DNA of 64,000 bases from the human T2T-CHM13v2.0 reference genome, Homo sapiens. Shown here piece after piece: positions 59,627 to 64,000 of the stretch; position 1 is the first letter of the stretch, and each line of letters starts with the position of its first letter. The stretch is from assembly GCF_009914755.1 (NCBI RefSeq), contig NC_060942.1. One strand, written 5' to 3'. The notes beneath the pieces were generated by a model. It saw only the letters and a program-made list of their open reading frames with translations. It searched no databases and was not told the origin of the DNA. The translations under genes and the position numbers were made by a program.

Positions 59627-61163
59627 GTAATTTTTTAAATATATCTTTTAATTCTTCCAAGGAGAGAGAATGATAGAGAATTAATTAACATTATCGTCCT
59701 AAATGTAGTTTTAACAGTTTGGTAAAAGAGTCTGATAGACATTGCTAGGTTATTACTGAAGTAGTCAATAGTCATTATTTTGGTAAGACAGTTCCAGAAT
59801 TGTCTCATGAAAACCTTGTAAACAATAATGAAATTAGTTCTCCACTCTAAAAATTGTGGAAAATAGGGATTACTTAGGGCAGCAGTGTTAGCGAGTATAA
59901 AACATCACCAGTACATTCTTGTGTATACAAACTCTTCACAACAGATTATGTTCCAACCAAAATCTTTAAAAGATTTTCAAGGCTATATGGAAAGTTAATG
60001 TGCTATTCTTTTTAAGAATTCCACATCACTGTTTTATCTGTATCAGAAGATTTAGGACCTTGTGGTAGATTCTGAAGTAAAATTCAGATGGGCAGAATGG
60101 GCCATTTATTCCTTTTGTGAAATGATTGGATCCCTGCAGCACCCAACAAATAATTTAAATTCACATTTTAGAATTCTCTTTTCTTCAGAGTTCCTTGAGC
60201 CATCTTGCACTGGGGATTTCTCAGTGGGCTGGCTGCCTGCATTGTGTCCCACTTCTGTGGGCTTTTATCTTCGATCCCCCCATCCCTCTCTATCCTCCTC
60301 CCACTTCCACAGTACCTTGAAAGTCCATATTCTTTTCACTCTGTTAGTCCCAGTAATTCAGCTTTCTTCCAAACTTGATGTCACGTCTCCCTTTGCAAAT
60401 CTGAAACTAAATAAAAGCTGTTCTGAGAATGACTTTTCCTTTAATTGGATTGCCTCATACTGTAGGTGAATTCTGTGGTTTTATACGATTTTGTTTCCGT
60501 CTGTTACACAGAGGTAAGACAGAGCAACTGTGGAATGTAGTAAAAAGATTGCATGTAGCTTTGGCACTAGATAGGTCTGTGTTGGAACTCTGACTGCCAT
60601 TATTAGCCATGTGAATTCCTATCATCAGAGGTTGTGAGAATTAAGTAGACAGGATGTTTTACGTGCCTAGGCTCTTGAAAGATTGCACCTAAAGGTATTT
60701 TTTTATCATATTTTCTCAATTGCAAAGTTACTTTCATTTTATTAAATGCCCTTTGAGGAGAAATAGTGGAAAAACCCTACTACATTAAGTATATCATTTG
60801 TAAGCTATGTCCTGATTGGAAAAAGGTAGAAATGTAGGGGATGGAAAATGCATCTTAGAGTTGAAGAGTTGTAATGGATTTTAAAACTCTTAAGTTTTGT
60901 AAAACCACATGATCATAGGAGTATTGTAGGAGATGTTTACTTAACAAGTGCTTGTTGAGCACCTGTTTTGTGCCGGGCCATGTTCTAGGTGTGATGATAC
61001 AGCACTGACCAGAAGGTCTCTGCCCTCAAAGAGCTTACACGCCAGTGGGGACAGAGCAAGTACTGTTAATTCCTGTGAGTTAAGAGCTATGAGGAAAATC
61101 AACAGGGTGGCAACATAATATGAGAAGCTACTAAGGTTTTAAGCAAGGGAAGTAACATGGTAG

Positions 61164-61501
<338 letters not shown>

Positions 61502-61784
61502 TAGGATTCATGTTTTTAAAACATAAACTTGCGGCTTGAAGGAAGCAGAGAACAGCAAGGTGAGCAGTTGTCTTAATACCTGTGCTTGACTGGAAGTAGC
61601 AGTAGCGTGGAGAAGAGAAGGTGGATCACAGTGCATAATTCAGTGTATATTTTAGAGAGAGTCAACTAAGCTGACAGATTAGATGTAGAGCATGGGGAGA
61701 AGGAAGAGAAATCAAGGATGACCCCTTAGGCTTTCCACCTGAGCATCTGAGATGTGTTATATACTGAGGTGTTGAAGATTGGAA

Positions 61785-62220
61785 AATTAATTGACAGAAG
61801 ACAGATTAACGGAGAAAAAGCTTATTTGTGTGCATGCAAGAGCTTTCAGAAGGAGTAGCTTGCTAACTGGTTAAGTTATGTAGCTAATTTAGTAGGGAAA
61901 GGCAGGGGCCCTGTGAGCATAATGGATGGGTTTCTTCAGGAAAGACAAAGGGGAGAAGAACAAGGGAAGATAGCAAAGTTTGTGGTAATGTTGTTCATGC
62001 AGGCACCAGTGGTATCTCCTCTTCATTGTGACCGTAAAGTCCCCAAAGAGAGATTTATGGTAGTTTTACTCTTGGTCTGTTGCCTGGGGGTAAAAGCTGC
62101 CCCACGAGGGAATTTATGGCAGCCTCATTTCCCAGAACTTTCTGTTTTGGGTCAGATAAAGGAAGACTGAGAAGACTTCTTTCTGTATCTGTTGAGTCCC
62201 AGATGTCTTCAGTTTAATAT
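61785..62220. mobile_element. Probable ERV solo LTR (family not assigned)
   Basis: About 430-bp block with LTR-like motifs ('GACAGATTAACGGAGAAAA', 'GATGTCTTCAGTTTAATATAATC') interrupting L2-like sequence; ends CCACA. Confidence 0.4.
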
Positions 62221-62641
62221 AATCTTCATACCAACTCAGGGGTTCTGAGTGGGTCTCCACAGATCTTCAGCCCAAGTAGCCTTTGTTAAGAGGATACATC
62301 TTCCATTTTAACAGGAGGGAACAGAGCAGTTATAAATAAGTACAGACATGGATAGGTTTGTGATTTGTTGGCAGAAAAAGGAGGTAATTTCTGTCTGAAG
62401 TCAGTGCCTAAGAGAACTAGGATTACAGGAAGTTTGAGGAAAGAGTATACATCAATAGTCTAGAAGGAAAACACACTTAGGACGATATAGTAGGATTGTC
62501 AGGCAGTTGTAAGTGCAGCCTGTCATCCCAGTTGTCACATCCTGAGCAAAATACTCTTGCTTTGGTGTAGGTACTGAAAGGGGAGAGAGTAGAGTTCAGT
62601 AACTTGGGGTTTGGAGAGGGAGGAGGTGAGCTTGTTAAAGT

Positions 62642-62845
62642 ACAGGTTGAATATCCCTTGTCTGAAATGCTTGAGACCAGAAGTATTTCAGATTTTGGAT
62701 TTTTTTTAGGTGCTGAAATATTTGCATTGTATACTTAAAAGTTCAGCATCCCAAATCTGAAATGTTCCAGTGAGCATGATGGAGGTGCTCAAAGAGTTTT
62801 GAATTTGGGAGTATTTCAGATTTTAAATCATCAGATTAACCTGTT
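62642..62845. mobile_element. Tigger4/Zombi (MER46)-like MITE
   Basis: TA then CAGGTTGAATATCCCTT...; far end AACCTG (inverted terminal repeat remnant). Confidence 0.7.
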
Positions 62846-63578
62846 CTTTGCAAGGGAGTTATTGTAATGAGGCACTTGAGTAAGCCCCTTGGCAATGTGC
62901 CAAAGTTGGGTGTAGCTGATCAATTGCTGGGAGCAGAAAAAGCATTAATAAAAGAAACCTTACTATTGGAGGTGGGGACTGTGGATGGCCATCCCGTCTT
63001 ACTGTCTCATTGATATGCTTTCCATAGCTCTTCTCTGTCTAGACCTTGAAGGAGATTGGATATTGTTTGGTTAAGGAGTTTATCCTCTTACAGAATTTTG
63101 CAGATCAGAAGGTCCGGGGTCTCAAGGTGAAATAACTTGCCCACGTCTTCCCAGCTAATGTGGTCAGAGCTGAAAGCAATAGCCAAGCCCAATTCTCTGT
63201 GTTTTCTCTATGCCGCTGTGGTGTTTGTATGTTGTATGGCTGCTAAACTCATAAATGTTGCAGTTGTAGATTCTTTCAATACTCAGTGATTGATCTCTTA
63301 AATGCCAGAGCAAATAGTTTTCTGTTAGTGAGCCTTTGGAAGATGTTTGGGGGCCAGCTTAACTCTCTGGTTTATGGATTTGTAAAAGACTGGATTTTTA
63401 ATACTTCAGTCCTAAATAACTCAAAGCGTTACTGTTTTTAACTCAGAAATGTTTTAGAACTTGGGGGAAAAATGTTGCACTTTCAAAGCTTCATACTGAA
63501 ATCATAGATTTTGTACAGCATATTTTATAAGGTGTGTTTTTGATGAGTCATCCACTTCTCTTATTGATTCTTTCACAG

Positions 63579-63729
63579 ATTCCAAATGGAAATACATCAG
63601 AGCTTATTTTTAATGCAGTGCATGTAAAAGATGCAGGCTTTTATGTCTGTCGAGTTAATAACAATTTCACCTTTGAATTCAGCCAGTGGTCACAGCTGGA
63701 TGTTTGCGACATCCCAGAGAGCTTCCAGA
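63579..63729 (+). CDS. MALT1: MALT1 coding exon 4 (151 nt; Ig1 C-terminal half)
   Basis: Acceptor TTTCACAG|, donor A|GTAAGT; IPNGNTSELIFNAVHVKDAGFYVCRVNNNFTFEFSQWSQLDVCDIPESFQ with Ig DxGxYxC motif. Confidence 0.97.
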
Positions 63730-63939
63730 GTAAGTAACGAAAGAAGCTGAATGTTGGGATGGGGATTCCCCATATTTTATTTTATTTTAAATGTTTACTT
63801 TTAAACAATTTCAAAGTATCAAAAAACATAGCAAAATTTCACATAGGTACTTCATCCATTATAATGTCAACCATTGTTAAGATTTGATCCATGTGTTTTG
63901 TCTTTCTTTTTTTTTTAATTTAGTTTTTGGTTTTGTTGT

Positions 63940-64000
63940 TTTTTAAGACAAAGTCTTTTTGTTGCCCAGGCTGGAGTGCAGTGGTGCCATCTGATCTCAG
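63940..64000 (-). mobile_element. Alu (partial, runs off the window)
   Basis: T-rich tail then GTTGCCCAGGCTGGAGTGCAGTGG. Confidence 0.8.

Noticed and set aside
63534-63578. ORF extending 5' of exon 4 (MFLMSHPLLLLILSQ) as an alternative start
   Set aside because: It is the intronic polypyrimidine tract read in frame; a strong acceptor lies at 63577-63578

Overview
Primate (human) genomic DNA, recognisable as the 5' part of the MALT1 paracaspase locus (18q21). A CpG-island promoter (~34.1-35.3 kb) is followed by MALT1 coding exons 1-4 on the + strand (34783-34991, 44307-44473, 59505-59626, 63579-63729). All have GT-AG junctions, the frame is continuous (209+167+122+151 nt), and they encode the death domain and first Ig domain; the gene continues beyond the window. 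The upstream 34 kb is repeat-rich. It holds a two-LTR, internally deleted HERV-H provirus on the - strand (4361-9852, 5-bp TSD) whose primer-binding site matches tRNA-Phe rather than tRNA-His, and an old L1 with nested L1PA, THE1 and Alu insertions. Intron 2 holds a nested structure: a Tigger1 transposon containing an MRPL37 processed pseudogene, which in turn contains a trimeric Alu. About 35 Alu copies or fragments explain most short ORFs in the track. I found no new protein-coding system. The most unusual signals are structural or regulatory: two non-tandem templated duplications (one written into an Alu), a young AluYb8 204 bp before exon 2, a T26 acceptor tract at exon 3, kB-like sites in the promoter and intron 4, and an isolated CpG/AGCT cluster that may be the IGH-MALT1 breakpoint zone. 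Repeat subfamily calls are from recalled consensus sequences and repeat boundaries are approximate.
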